Positions 23,676 to 33,057 of a stretch of DNA of 41,650 nucleotides are shown in pieces; positions within the stretch are counted from its first letter, which is position 1, and each line of letters opens with the position of its first letter. Made by a program: the position numbers and the translations under genes. The stretch comes from Guillardia theta CCMP2712 (taxonomy: Eukaryota > Protista > Cryptophyta). The DNA is taken from assembly GCF_000315625.1 (NCBI RefSeq), contig NW_005434409.1, positions 1 to 41,650 of the forward strand, in the 5' to 3' direction. Under the pieces are notes generated by a model. That model made no database searches. It saw nothing but the letters and a program-made list of their open reading frames with translations, and was not told the origin of the DNA.

Positions 23676-24797
23676 TTAAACGTTGAATCCCCACGTGGCT
23701 CGAAGAAGTTCCACGAGCTCCTGCAAGGTAAGTCAGTGAGGACAGCACCACCACCACCACCACCACCACCACCAGCAGCAGCAGCAGGGAGGAGGGAGAG
23801 GGAACCTCGTCGTTAAGTTGGTATCCAGCCACCACATCAGCGTAATAGAGGAGAAGGTCCTTGACCATGACAGCTCCTCTAACCTCCTCCATCGCATCTT
23901 CAAGATCCCTGGGATACTGTCATGGACCTCCTCCTGCTCCTCCACATCCTCCTGCTCCTCCTGCTTCTCCTGCTCCTGCTCCTGCTCTTGCTGCTGCTCC
24001 TGCTCCTGCTCCTCCTCCTCCTCCATTTCTCCGCTCACCACCTTAGGGTGTCGAGCAGCCCGGTATCTGCCCAGCAGCTCCTCCAGCTCGATCGCTCCCG
24101 TGCGGAACGTCGGGTCCTCAAGGGACTCGAAGAGACTGACAACCGCCTAAGAGAAGAGTGAGAAGAAGAGGGAGAGGGAGGGAGGGAGGGAGGGAGACAG
24201 AGAGGGAGAGAGAAGAGGGAGGGAGGGAGGGAGNNNNNNNNNNNNNNNNNNNNNNNNNNNNNNNNNNNNNNNNNNNNNNNNNNNNNNNNNNNNNNNNNNN
24301 NNNNNNNNNNNNNNNNNNNNNNNNNNNNNNNNNGGGTCTCACTTCATGTTGGCGGTGGGTCAGAGGAGGGCGGAGGCTGCGGCTGAGGTCCTCGCACAGC
24401 ACGTGACCTCCGTCCTCGTGTCTGCGAAAGATTTCCTCGAGCTCGTCGGCTCCCATGCTGATCCCGCAGTAGGCCATCACCGTGTTGAGATCCTCCCGGT
24501 CCGGTTGCCTCGTTCCCCTCGAGATGTGCGACATCGCTCGCTCCAGCCCCCGCAGCCCCGACGCTCCTCGACGATACAGCAGCCGCTGCCCACCCGTCAG
24601 ACGCAGCACAGGCAGAGCAGCAGACAAGAAGAGTGAAGAGGAGCAGGAGGAGCAGGAGCAGCAGGAGGAGCAGGAGGAGCAGCAGCAGCAGCAGGAGCAG
24701 CAGCAGCAGCAGCAGAAGGAGCAGCAGCAGCAGCAGCAGGAGCAGCAGCAGCAGGAGCAGGAGCAGCATCAGCAGCAGCAGGAGGGTTACCTGTAGG
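23676..24797 (-). pseudogene. 5'-truncated duplicate of the EFHC-calcyphosine gene (3' exons only)
   Basis: Matches 36091-37207, and homology ends abruptly at about 24797. Confidence 0.85.
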
Positions 24798-24812
24798 TAA
24801 CCCTCGAGACAT

Positions 24813-26471
24813 AGGAGCCTCAAGGCCTGTGTGAGGATAGTGGGACGACGAGCCCGGCGTGCCAGTCAGTAGAGGATCAACAACAGAACTGTGATGACGG
24901 AGGACGGCAGTTCACTTGCGCCGCGCCATGCAGCCTCACAGTGAGGATGGAAGTGAGAGCGGATCTTCACGCATTCCTTGTTGCTGTTCCCTCGCTCTCG
25001 CCGTCACCACCGAAATGAAAATGGCGAGTAGGCGCATTTCTCCTTACACGTCTTTCAACTGCTTGAGAGCCAACGAGCATCGGTATTTGAGCAGACTAGT
25101 CCCGTCAATCATTCTACGTTTTAGTATTTCATTCACCTTCCGGTCTCTATGATGAGGTGTTAAAAATAAAGACGCAACAGCGACATTCTATTGACGCCTG
25201 CGTCTGGTTCGACAAAGAGTCACGTGAGCTTTTTGTTGAGAAGCTCCAGTACGAGACCCATCGTAACATTCAAAGCAGATACGTCGCTCTTCAACTCGGA
25301 TACGTCGCTCTGCAGTTCATTGAACCTCCTGTCCATATCCTCCTTCAGATCTTGCACAGCACCATAAATATTCCTGTACGGAGTGTAAATCAAAACAAAC
25401 GGTATGCTTCCAGGATCCACAAACGACGTCAATTCATGGTGATCAGAGGCCAGAGAGAAGAACCTGCTCAAACATCCACAGACCACCTCAAAGTCCTCTC
25501 TGTTGCCATTCGTCAACAAACCTATCGCCGCAATCTTGGAGTCTTCGCCAATCATCTCACCCTTCAATACATTGTACAGCCGATTGACCTGGAACAGCTT
25601 TTCAAAGATTTTGCCAGGCGCCTCCGTGATTTCAAAGCAGATGTACTCCTCCTTCATGACTTGGAGGTCCCCATAAGAGACTCCATGCTTTCCGAATATC
25701 CTTACATCCTGAGCGGGGTTGACGACCACGTCCTTGAAGATGGTTTGAAGATCGGTGTCCTTGTCAAAGGTCAAGCACATGTCCGCTTGATATTCCGATA
25801 CTGTTGCGGGGTCAATATCTTTAGCTTCCATCCGACTGATCGTCAAAGGATCAATCTGTCTTGTGGCGCACTCTTTGTAATACTCTTCGCACGCGGCGAA
25901 CACCACTTGGTTAAATCTTTCAGCGAATTCTTGAGTGAGAATGCCACTCTCTTCGACCTTACTTCTCGTCTCCTCGTCCGCTGGGAGTTTCTCCCGTCGA
26001 TGAAAGCCTATACTTGCACATCTGCTGAAGATTGAGCCTTCGAAATATGATTGCATGTTCCCCGGGAGCTTGGCGGGAGAATCGATGTACTGGCAGTCAG
26101 CCTTGCCCTGCCGCATGATTCCTGGCCGCGCCAGCATTTGCGGCGAGGTCTGTCTGCGATGAGACCTCAGCTGCAAGCTCTGCCTGTGGTAGCATGTCGA
26201 GAAAGATTGGAAGTAGCTGCACACATGCTCTGGCGAGAACACGAGCACGAGCGCCAGCACGAGCCCTCGTGTTGCAAGCATGTGGGATGATACAACAAAG
26301 TTAGGTCAGAACAAACAATGAATTATTTGGATAATAATACTTCATTGTAAAGAGTATGAGAATATCTGTTTTGGTACTAACTTTCCCTCACATTCGGCAT
26401 TTACAAACACTTATTGCTGATGTACCGTAGCACGACCCCGTACAAAGTGCTGAACTTGGTACTACTTTTCC
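24813..26471. repeat. Cassette copy A (~1.65 kb) carrying the intronless gene, paralogous to 30088-31866
   Basis: Shared from AGGAGCCTCAAGG(C/T)CTGTGTGAGGATA to AGCACGACCCCGTACAAAGTGCTGA...TACTACTTT. Confidence 0.88.
25220..26281 (-). CDS. Intronless 353-aa protein: signal peptide + transit-like peptide, putative PD-(D/E)XK-like domain, C-terminal coiled coil (copy A)
   Basis: Open ORF conserved in a second copy. Hydrophobic leader LVLALVLVFS...VCS-YF followed by an S/R-rich segment. Motifs EYQADM, ICFEITE and KLFQVNR. Heptads LQSDVSELKSDVSAL. The nuclease fold is inference only. Confidence 0.72.
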   Translation of the reverse strand: MLATRGLVLALVLVFSPEHVCSYFQSFSTCYHRQSLQLRSHRRQTSPQMLARPGIMRQGKADCQYIDSPAKLPGNMQSYFEGSIFSRCASIGFHRREKLPADEETRSKVEESGILTQEFAERFNQVVFAACEEYYKECATRQIDPLTISRMEAKDIDPATVSEYQADMCLTFDKDTDLQTIFKDVVVNPAQDVRIFGKHGVSYGDLQVMKEEYICFEITEAPGKIFEKLFQVNRLYNVLKGEMIGEDSKIAAIGLLTNGNREDFEVVCGCLSRFFSLASDHHELTSFVDPGSIPFVLIYTPYRNIYGAVQDLKEDMDRRFNELQSDVSELKSDVSALNVTMGLVLELLNKKLT

Positions 26472-26672
26472 GTTGACGACCAGCCCCTCCCACGCCCAAA
26501 ATTTCATCATGAAGACTGAGAGTCGGCAGTCAATCTGCATGATTGACCCGCATCAGACAGTGTCAGTGACACAACGTTGGTGGCAGGGCAACGATGATGA
26601 TCGGATGCTTCTCAGCATGCCGTAGTACTGTTGCTACTACTGTTGGAGGAGGGAGGGAGGAGAGGGTGGAAG

Positions 26673-27786
26673 GGCTGCATGAACTTGGAGAGCAAAATCT
26701 CGAGCATGCAGCAGCAGCTGGACAGGATGGTGGAAGAGGAGGAGCAGGTAAAGTCGCAGCTGGGAAAGATTCTGTCGATCCTCGAGAAGGGCGAGCACAA
26801 ACCTGCTCCTCACTCCGTCTTCGTCCTCCCTCCCGAGCCCCGCAGCCTCCCGGTGATCAATCGAGGACAGGGAGGGGAGGGAGGGAGAAGGGAGGGAGGG
26901 AGCGGGGGCAGGAGGGGCTCCAAGGATGTGGAGGTGAGAAAGGGAGCTCGAAGGAACGGGAGGAGCAGGACGGANNNNNNNNNNNNNNNNNNNNNNNNNN
27001 NNNNNNNNNNNNNNNNNNNNNNNNNNNNNNNNNNNNNNNNNNNNNNNNNNNNNNNNNNNNNNNNNNNNNNNNNNNNNNNNNNNNNNNNNNNNNNNNNNNN
27101 NNNNNNNNNNNNNNNNNNNNNNNNNNNNNNNNNNNNNNNNNNNNNNNNNNNNNNNNNNNNNNNNNNNNNNNNNNNNNNNNNNNNNNNNNNNNNNNNNNNN
27201 NNNNNNNNNNNNNNCAGCGACTGCAGGCATTCGTGGGTGTCGCTCCTCCTCCTCGACAGCAAGTTCGTCTTCCTCGAGGCCTTCCAGGGCGTCGCCTCGG
27301 CTGTTCAGGAGACGAGAGTCCAGCTGGAGGCAAGCTGGGAGGAGACCTGTGCAGCTGCGATGGAGGAGATGGAGTGGAGGCTGATGAGGGAGGAGGAGGT
27401 TGACCTGCAGCAGAACATCTTCGTTGACCTCTCCTCCTCCGATCTCCTCGTCCATCGTGGCTTCTATATCGGCATGTGAGGATCAACCCTGACCTCTTTC
27501 CCCTGCCCCCTTCTCCTCTTCTCCTTCCTTCCCCTCTGAGAGCTTCTCAGGCCCGCGGACTCACGGTTGGCATCGCGCGCGAGGTCAGCGGTGATGGAGG
27601 AGGGGGTGATCCTCGTCGACTCTCACGCCCTCCTCCTCCACGAGTCCACTCGCCTCGCCCTCCTCCGCTCCCTCCTCCTCTTCGACCCCCTCACCCCCCG
27701 ACCCTCTTGACCCTCCACCCAGACCACCCCTCCTCCCTCCTCTTCTTCATCTTCACTTTATTAGTTTCTATCGTTAAACGTTGAAT
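26673..27786 (+). pseudogene. Third, partial copy of the channel gene 3' region (gap 26975-27214)
   Basis: Matches about 22577-23686 with a few substitutions and lacks all upstream exons. Confidence 0.8.
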
Positions 27787-28244
27787 NNNNNNNNNNNNNN
27801 NNNNNNNNNNNNNNNNNNNNNNNNNNNNNNNNNNNNNNNNNNNNNNNNNNNNNNNNNNNNNNNNNNNNNNNNNNNNNNNNNNNNNNNNNNNNNNNNNNNN
27901 NNNNNNNNNNNNNNNNNNNNNNNNNNNNNNNNNNNNNNNNNNNNNNNNNNNNNNNNNNNNNNNNNNNNNNNNNNNNNNNNNNNNNNNNNNNNNNNNNNNN
28001 NNNNNNNNNNNNNNNNNNNNNNNNNNNNNNNNNNNNNNNNNNNNNNNNNNNNNNNNNNNNNNNNNNNNNNNNNNNNNNNNNNNNNNNNNNNNNNNNNNNN
28101 NNNNNNNNNNNNNNNNNNNNNNNNNNNNNNNNNNNNNNNNNNNNNNNNNNNNNNNNNNNNNNNNNNNNNNNNNNNNNNNNNNNNNNNNNNNNNNNNNNNN
28201 NNNNNNNNNNNNNNNNNNNNNNNNNNNNNNNNNNNNNNNNNNNN

Positions 28245-28926
28245 GGGAGGGAAGGTCTCACTTCATGTTGGCGGTGGGTGAGAGGAGGGCGGAGGCTGCG
28301 GCTGAGGTCCTCGCACAGCACGTGACCTCCGTCCTCGTGTCTGCGAAAGATTTCCTTCGAGCTCGTCGGCTCCCATGCTGATCCCGCAGTAGGCCATCAC
28401 CGTGTTGAGATCCTCCCGGTCCAGTTGCCTCGTTCCCCTCGAGATGTGCGACATCGCTCGCTCCAGCCCCCGCAGCCCCGACGCTCCTCGACGATACAGC
28501 AGCCGCTGCCCACCCGTCAGACGCAGCACAGGCAGAGCAGCAGACAAGAAGAGTGTAAAGGAGCAGGAGGAGCAGGAGCAGCAGCAGCAGCAGCAGGAGC
28601 ATTATCAGGATCAGCAGCAGCAGCAGCAGCAGCAGGGTTACCTGTAGGTTGGCATGTGCGGCTTCGTATCCTCCTCCTTCTCGTCGCGAGCTCGCGGGGT
28701 CAAACGCCTGAGGCTCTCGCTGCTGCACAATCAGAGACGATGAACCTCACTATATTGAGATACCAGTCAACAAGTTCCGTGATACCTTCCTTATGAATTA
28801 CTGTAGCACAGTTGATAAATCACAAGGTGAAACTCTATCCTCTCTCAGCATCGCCTCGTAGTCCACCAGCTGATCGCCAGCTGAGAACCGTCGGCTCAGC
28901 GTGTGCAGCTCGTGGTCGTTCAGCCC
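28245..28926 (-). pseudogene. Partial EFHC-calcyphosine copy with a +1 frameshift (about 28355) and a 112-bp insertion (28729-28840)
   Basis: Matches about 36815-37375. It has TTCCTTCGAG where the intact gene has TTCCTCGAG, and foreign DNA between TGCTGCAC and TCTCTCAG. Confidence 0.82.
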
Positions 28927-29362
28927 AGTGCAGAGCAGCCTGCACTTGGTCCATTAGGTTGTTGGCGTTTACCTTGCGATGCCCGCTGTCTCGTAACTCG
29001 CCCCGTCCCAGTTGATCCTGCCCTTGACTGCTGCGTGACATCCTGCTGACCTCTGCTATTTCCATCCGCTTGGCCATCTTGTTGAAAAGAAACACTCTCT
29101 TCTAATATCAGCAAGGTCTCCCATCTCCTTTGGAGGAAATGGTGGATACGGTAGCTCACTTCTCGGAGGTTGCAAGGACTGGGTTCACTCTCAGCAGGAG
29201 CAGTGGGAGACAATGCCACAAGCTCCGGACAATCTTAGCTTCCTCGCAATGCAGGCCCGGGTAACCGTGCAGCAGGTCTAGCGTAAACTGTAGCGCACTC
29301 TTCCGCTCATCAATCGTCTGGCGGTTGGGGCGTTTAAACGATGGTTGAGTTCCGGACTTAAG
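28927..29362 (-). mobile_element. Possible degenerate fragment of a CRE-like non-LTR retrotransposon ORF (pre-RT region)
   Basis: The minus strand reads ...IVRSLWHCLPLLLLRV (frameshift) EVSYRIHHFLQRRWETLL, resembling the LPxLLL...RxxxF/WxxGxWxxL motif upstream of RT in CRE elements. No RT domain is visible. Confidence 0.35.
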
Positions 29363-29715
29363 TTCATGTGGACCCTGTTGAGCGAAGAGAGGGAGAGCTC
29401 TGTGCCTTTCATGTGGACCTGTTGAGCGAAGAGAGGGAGAGCTCTGTGCCTTTCATGTGGACCTGTTGAGCGAAGAGAGGGAGAGCTCTGTGCCTTTCAT
29501 GTGGACCTGTTGAGCGAAGAGAGGGAGAGCTCTGTGCCTTTCATGTGGACCTGTTGAGCGAAGAGAGGGAGAGCTCTGTGCCTTTCATGTGGACCTGTTG
29601 AGCGAAGAGAGGGAGAGCTCTGTGCCTTTCATGTGGACCTGTTGAGCGAAGAGAGGGAGAGCTCTGTGCCTTTCATGTGGACCTGTTGAGCGAAGAGAGG
29701 GAGAGCTCTGTGCCT
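29363..29715. repeat. Minisatellite, 8 x 44 bp (TTCATGTGGACCTGTTGAGCGAAGAGAGGGAGAGCTCTGTGCCT)
   Basis: Units start at 29363, 29408, 29452, 29496, 29540, 29584, 29628 and 29672. The first unit has one extra C. There are no spacers. Confidence 0.97.
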
Positions 29716-29782
29716 TTCCATGTACCACAGGTCATGTCACTTTGTCTTGTGGACGCAGGTTGTGAAAGAGGCTGCGCGGAAA

Positions 29783-29981
29783 GGGTGTGGGATCGACTGT
29801 AGGCTGATGGTGGGGGTGTGGGATCGAGTGTAGGCTGATGGTGGGGGTATGGGATCGACTGTAGGCTGATGGTGGGGGTGGGGGATCGACTGTAGGCTGA
29901 TGGTGGGGGTGTGGGATCGAGTGTAGGCTGATGGTGGGGGTGTGGGATCGAGTGTAGGCTGATGGTGGGGGTGTGGGATCG
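29783..29981. repeat. G-rich minisatellite, about 6.5 x 31 bp (GGGTGTGGGATCGASTGTAGGCTGATGGTGG)
   Basis: GATC recurs every 31 bp from 29791 to 29977. Confidence 0.95.
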
Positions 29982-30087
29982 CCTGTACAGGTGGCAATGT
30001 CAACCTGCGGAGGAGAAGCTGCAGAGAGAGATTGTCCCCCCAGCATGTCAGGGGCTAGAAGAGTTTCCTGCTGTGACTCCGAGTCAG

Positions 30088-31866
30088 AGGAGCCTCAAGG
30101 TCTGTGTGAGGATANNNNNNNNNNNNNNNNNNNNNNNNNNNNNNNNNNNNNNNNNNNNNNNNNNNNNNNNNNNNNNNNNNNNNNNNNNNNNNNNNNNNNN
30201 NNNNNNNNNNNNNNNNNNNNNNNNNNNNNNNNNNNNNNNNNNNNNNNNNNNNNNNNNNNNNNNNNNNNNNNNNNNNNNNNNNNACCGAAATGAAAATGGC
30301 GAGTAGGCGCATTTCTCCTTACACGTCTTTCAACTGCTTGAGAGCCAACGAGCATCGGTATCTGAGCAGACTAGTCCCGTCAATCATTCTACGTTTTAGT
30401 ATTTCATTCACCTTCCGGTCTCTATGATGAGGTGTTAAAAATAAAGACGCAACAGCGACATTCTGTTGACGCCTCGGATACGTCGCTCTTCAACTCGGAT
30501 ACGTCGCTCTTCAACTCGGTTACGTCGCTCTGCAACGCGGTTACGTTGCTCTGCAGTTCATTGAACCTCGTGTCCACATCCTCCTTCAGTTCATTGAACC
30601 TCGTGTCCACATCCTCCTTCAGTTCATCGAACTTCCTGTCCACATTCTCCTTCAGATCTTGCACAGCACCATAAATATTCCTGTACGGAGTGTAAATCAA
30701 AACAAACGGTATGCTTCCAGGATCCACAAACGACGTCAATTCATGGTGATCAGAGGCCAGAGAGAAGAACCTGCTCAAACATCCACTGACCACCTCAAAG
30801 TCCTCTCTGTTGCCATTCGTCAACAAACCTATCGCCGCAATCTTGGAGTCTTCGCCAATCATCTCACCCTTCAATACATTGTACAGCCGATTGACCTGAA
30901 ACAGCTTTTCAAAGATTTTGCCAGGCGTCTCCGTGATTTCAAAGCAGATGTACTCCTCCTTCATGACTTGGAGGTCCTCATATGAGACTCCATGCTTTCC
31001 GAATATCCTTACATCCTGAGCGGGGTTGACGACCACGTCCTTGAAGATGGTTTGAAGATCGATGTCATTGTCAAAGGTCAAGCACATGTCCGCTTGATAT
31101 TCCGATATTGTAGCGAGGTCAATATCTTTAGTATCATCCATCCGACTGATCTTCAAAGGTTTTTTCTGTCTTGTGGCGCACTCTTTGTAATACTCTTCGC
31201 ACGCGGCGAACACCACTTGGTTAACTCTTTCAGCGTATCCTTTAGTGAGAATGCCACTATCTTTGAGCTTTCTCCTCGTCTCCTCGTCCGCTGGCAGTTT
31301 CTCCCGTCGATGAAAGCCTATACTTGCACATCTGCTGAAGATCGAGCTCTCGAAATTTGATTGCATGTTCCCCGGGAGGTTGGCGGGAGAATCGATGTAG
31401 TAGCAGGTAGCCTTGCCCTGCCGCATGATTCCTGGCCGCGCCAGCATTTGCGGCGAGGTCTGCCTGCGATGAGACCTCTGCTGCAAGCTCTGCCTGTGGT
31501 AGTATGTCGAGAAAGATTGCAAGTAGCTGCACACATGCTCTGGCGAGAACACGAGCACGAGCGCCAGCACGAGCCCTCGTGTTGCAAGCATGTTTCTTTT
31601 TTAAAACATTCTTGTATTGACTGAAAAAGAAAGTCAAACCGGATGGTATTCGATAGAAATGAGCGGCTAAATATATATAGGATGATAGATAGAACAATAC
31701 AAACTATTTGGATGGTAATACTTCAATCATTGTAAAGAGTATGAAAATATCTGTTTTGGTACTAACTTAACTTACATTCGGCATTTACAAACAGTTATTG
31801 CTGAAGTACCGTACTAGCACGACCCCGTACAAAGTGCTGAGCTTGGTACCGTAGTACTACTTTCCC
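30088..31866. repeat. Cassette copy B (gap 30115-30283)
   Basis: Paralog of 24813-26471 with an extra ~85-bp AT-rich segment just upstream of the ATG. Confidence 0.88.
30422..31591 (-). CDS. Intronless 389-aa paralog (copy B) with expanded coiled-coil repeats and an altered C-terminus
   Basis: Colinear with 25220-26281, with extra 11-aa (FNELKEDVDTR) and 7-aa (SDVxELK) repeats. Confidence 0.72.
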   Translation of the reverse strand: MLATRGLVLALVLVFSPEHVCSYLQSFSTYYHRQSLQQRSHRRQTSPQMLARPGIMRQGKATCYYIDSPANLPGNMQSNFESSIFSRCASIGFHRREKLPADEETRRKLKDSGILTKGYAERVNQVVFAACEEYYKECATRQKKPLKISRMDDTKDIDLATISEYQADMCLTFDNDIDLQTIFKDVVVNPAQDVRIFGKHGVSYEDLQVMKEEYICFEITETPGKIFEKLFQVNRLYNVLKGEMIGEDSKIAAIGLLTNGNREDFEVVSGCLSRFFSLASDHHELTSFVDPGSIPFVLIYTPYRNIYGAVQDLKENVDRKFDELKEDVDTRFNELKEDVDTRFNELQSNVTALQSDVTELKSDVSELKSDVSEASTECRCCVFIFNTSS

Positions 31867-32114
31867 GCCAACAAACTTCTGCTAGGCCCGCCCCGGCATT
31901 CCAGCACCGCCATGGGGCCGACCAGCTCGGAAGCCCGCCCCAGCAACATGCCCGGTAGTACAGTGTCAGTGTTATGATGCCTTGTGACGGACTCGGATGG
32001 TAATAGGCTGGCCGGGTCCACCGGCCCGGGGGGGTCACCGGGGGAAAGGGGCCGGGCCTCACTCAGTTATTGATGGAAGATTGCGGCGCCGGGTTGACAA
32101 AACTCTCCTGTAAA

Positions 32115-32238
32115 CCCAGACGAACCTGATTCTGTGTTTCAGGACGGCGATGTACTACGGTAGCACGCGTGATGATTTTCACCTCCCCCAGACGAACCTG
32201 ACTCTGATGTGTTTCAGGACGGCGATGTAGCACGCGTC
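32115..32238. repeat. Imperfect two-copy direct repeat CCCAGACGAACCTGAYTCTG..TGTTTCAGGACGGCGATGTA
   Basis: Copies start near 32115 and 32186. Confidence 0.8.
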
Positions 32239-32603
32239 ACCGTCAGTAACAGTGAAGAGGAGGCCTTCCTAGCCGTCTTGCTCCTAAGGTCTTCTCATGT
32301 CTGGATGCTAGCCTGGGCCTCACTGGCATACAGTTGTCTATCTCTCATAGGCTCCTCAATTCTGGTTTCGTGTGCATTCAACTCGGTCTTGAGCAAACGT
32401 GTGACCGGACTGTCTTGTTGCAATTAAGGTTGACATGATATCTGTATTACTTTGACTCAGTACAAGTCTGACAAACTTCAACGGTAGTCCGTCGGTTATA
32501 CCCGGCCCGAAATGAGCCCCTTCCATGGTGATGACTTATCCCGACCACTACCCTACCCCCCCGCCCCTACTATGATGACCCCAGCAGTACGGTACCAAGG
32601 GCC

Positions 32604-32982
32604 TGTGGGTAGGTGAGAGATTTGAGGGGGTAGGGGTACTCGTTTACAGAAGTTGCTAGCTAAAGAGGGGGATAATATCAGGTAAAGAGGGGGTACATTT
32701 GTACAAGGGGTGTTACAATAGGGAAAGGGGTGATGGAAGTTATTTTTCTCGGGTGGAGACGACCCTCTGCAGGTGGGGTAGGGGGTACTTTGACAGATCA
32801 GTCGCTTGACGCCGGTCACGATGGCGCCGCATAGCGAGGCGGCCGCGCAAAAGACGGAGAGGGGGGGAGGAGGAGGAGAGGGATCGAAGATGGAGAGGGG
32901 GAAGGAACTTCAAGAAGCCCGAAGAGGGGGGGGGGGGCGAGGAAGAGAGCCGGAAGGATTGCAGGCAGGCAGGCAGGCAGGT

Positions 32983-33057
<75 letters not shown>

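Larger units (their letters stand above)
18773..24797. repeat. Segmental duplication unit 1 (upstream region + channel gene + EFHC 3' end), paralogous to about 32604-37207
   Basis: Near-identical sequence from TGTGGGTRGGTGAGAGATTTGAGG to GGGTTACCTGTAGGT in both places. Confidence 0.92.

Noticed and set aside
24813-25020. Plus-strand coding-like stretch (EPQGLCEDSGTTSPACQS...), also at 29973-30114
   Set aside because: It may be a captured 3' gene fragment, but it is short, interrupted by a gap in copy B and has no recognisable motif.
26422-26471. AGCAC...GTGCT stem at the cassette end as a Helitron 3' hairpin
   Set aside because: The stem is only 5-6 bp, with no clear CTRR terminus, TC start or Rep/helicase gene, so the cassette is not called a Helitron.
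29363-29715. 44-bp repeat array as a CRISPR array
   Set aside because: Units are contiguous with no unique spacers, there are no cas genes, and the context is eukaryotic.
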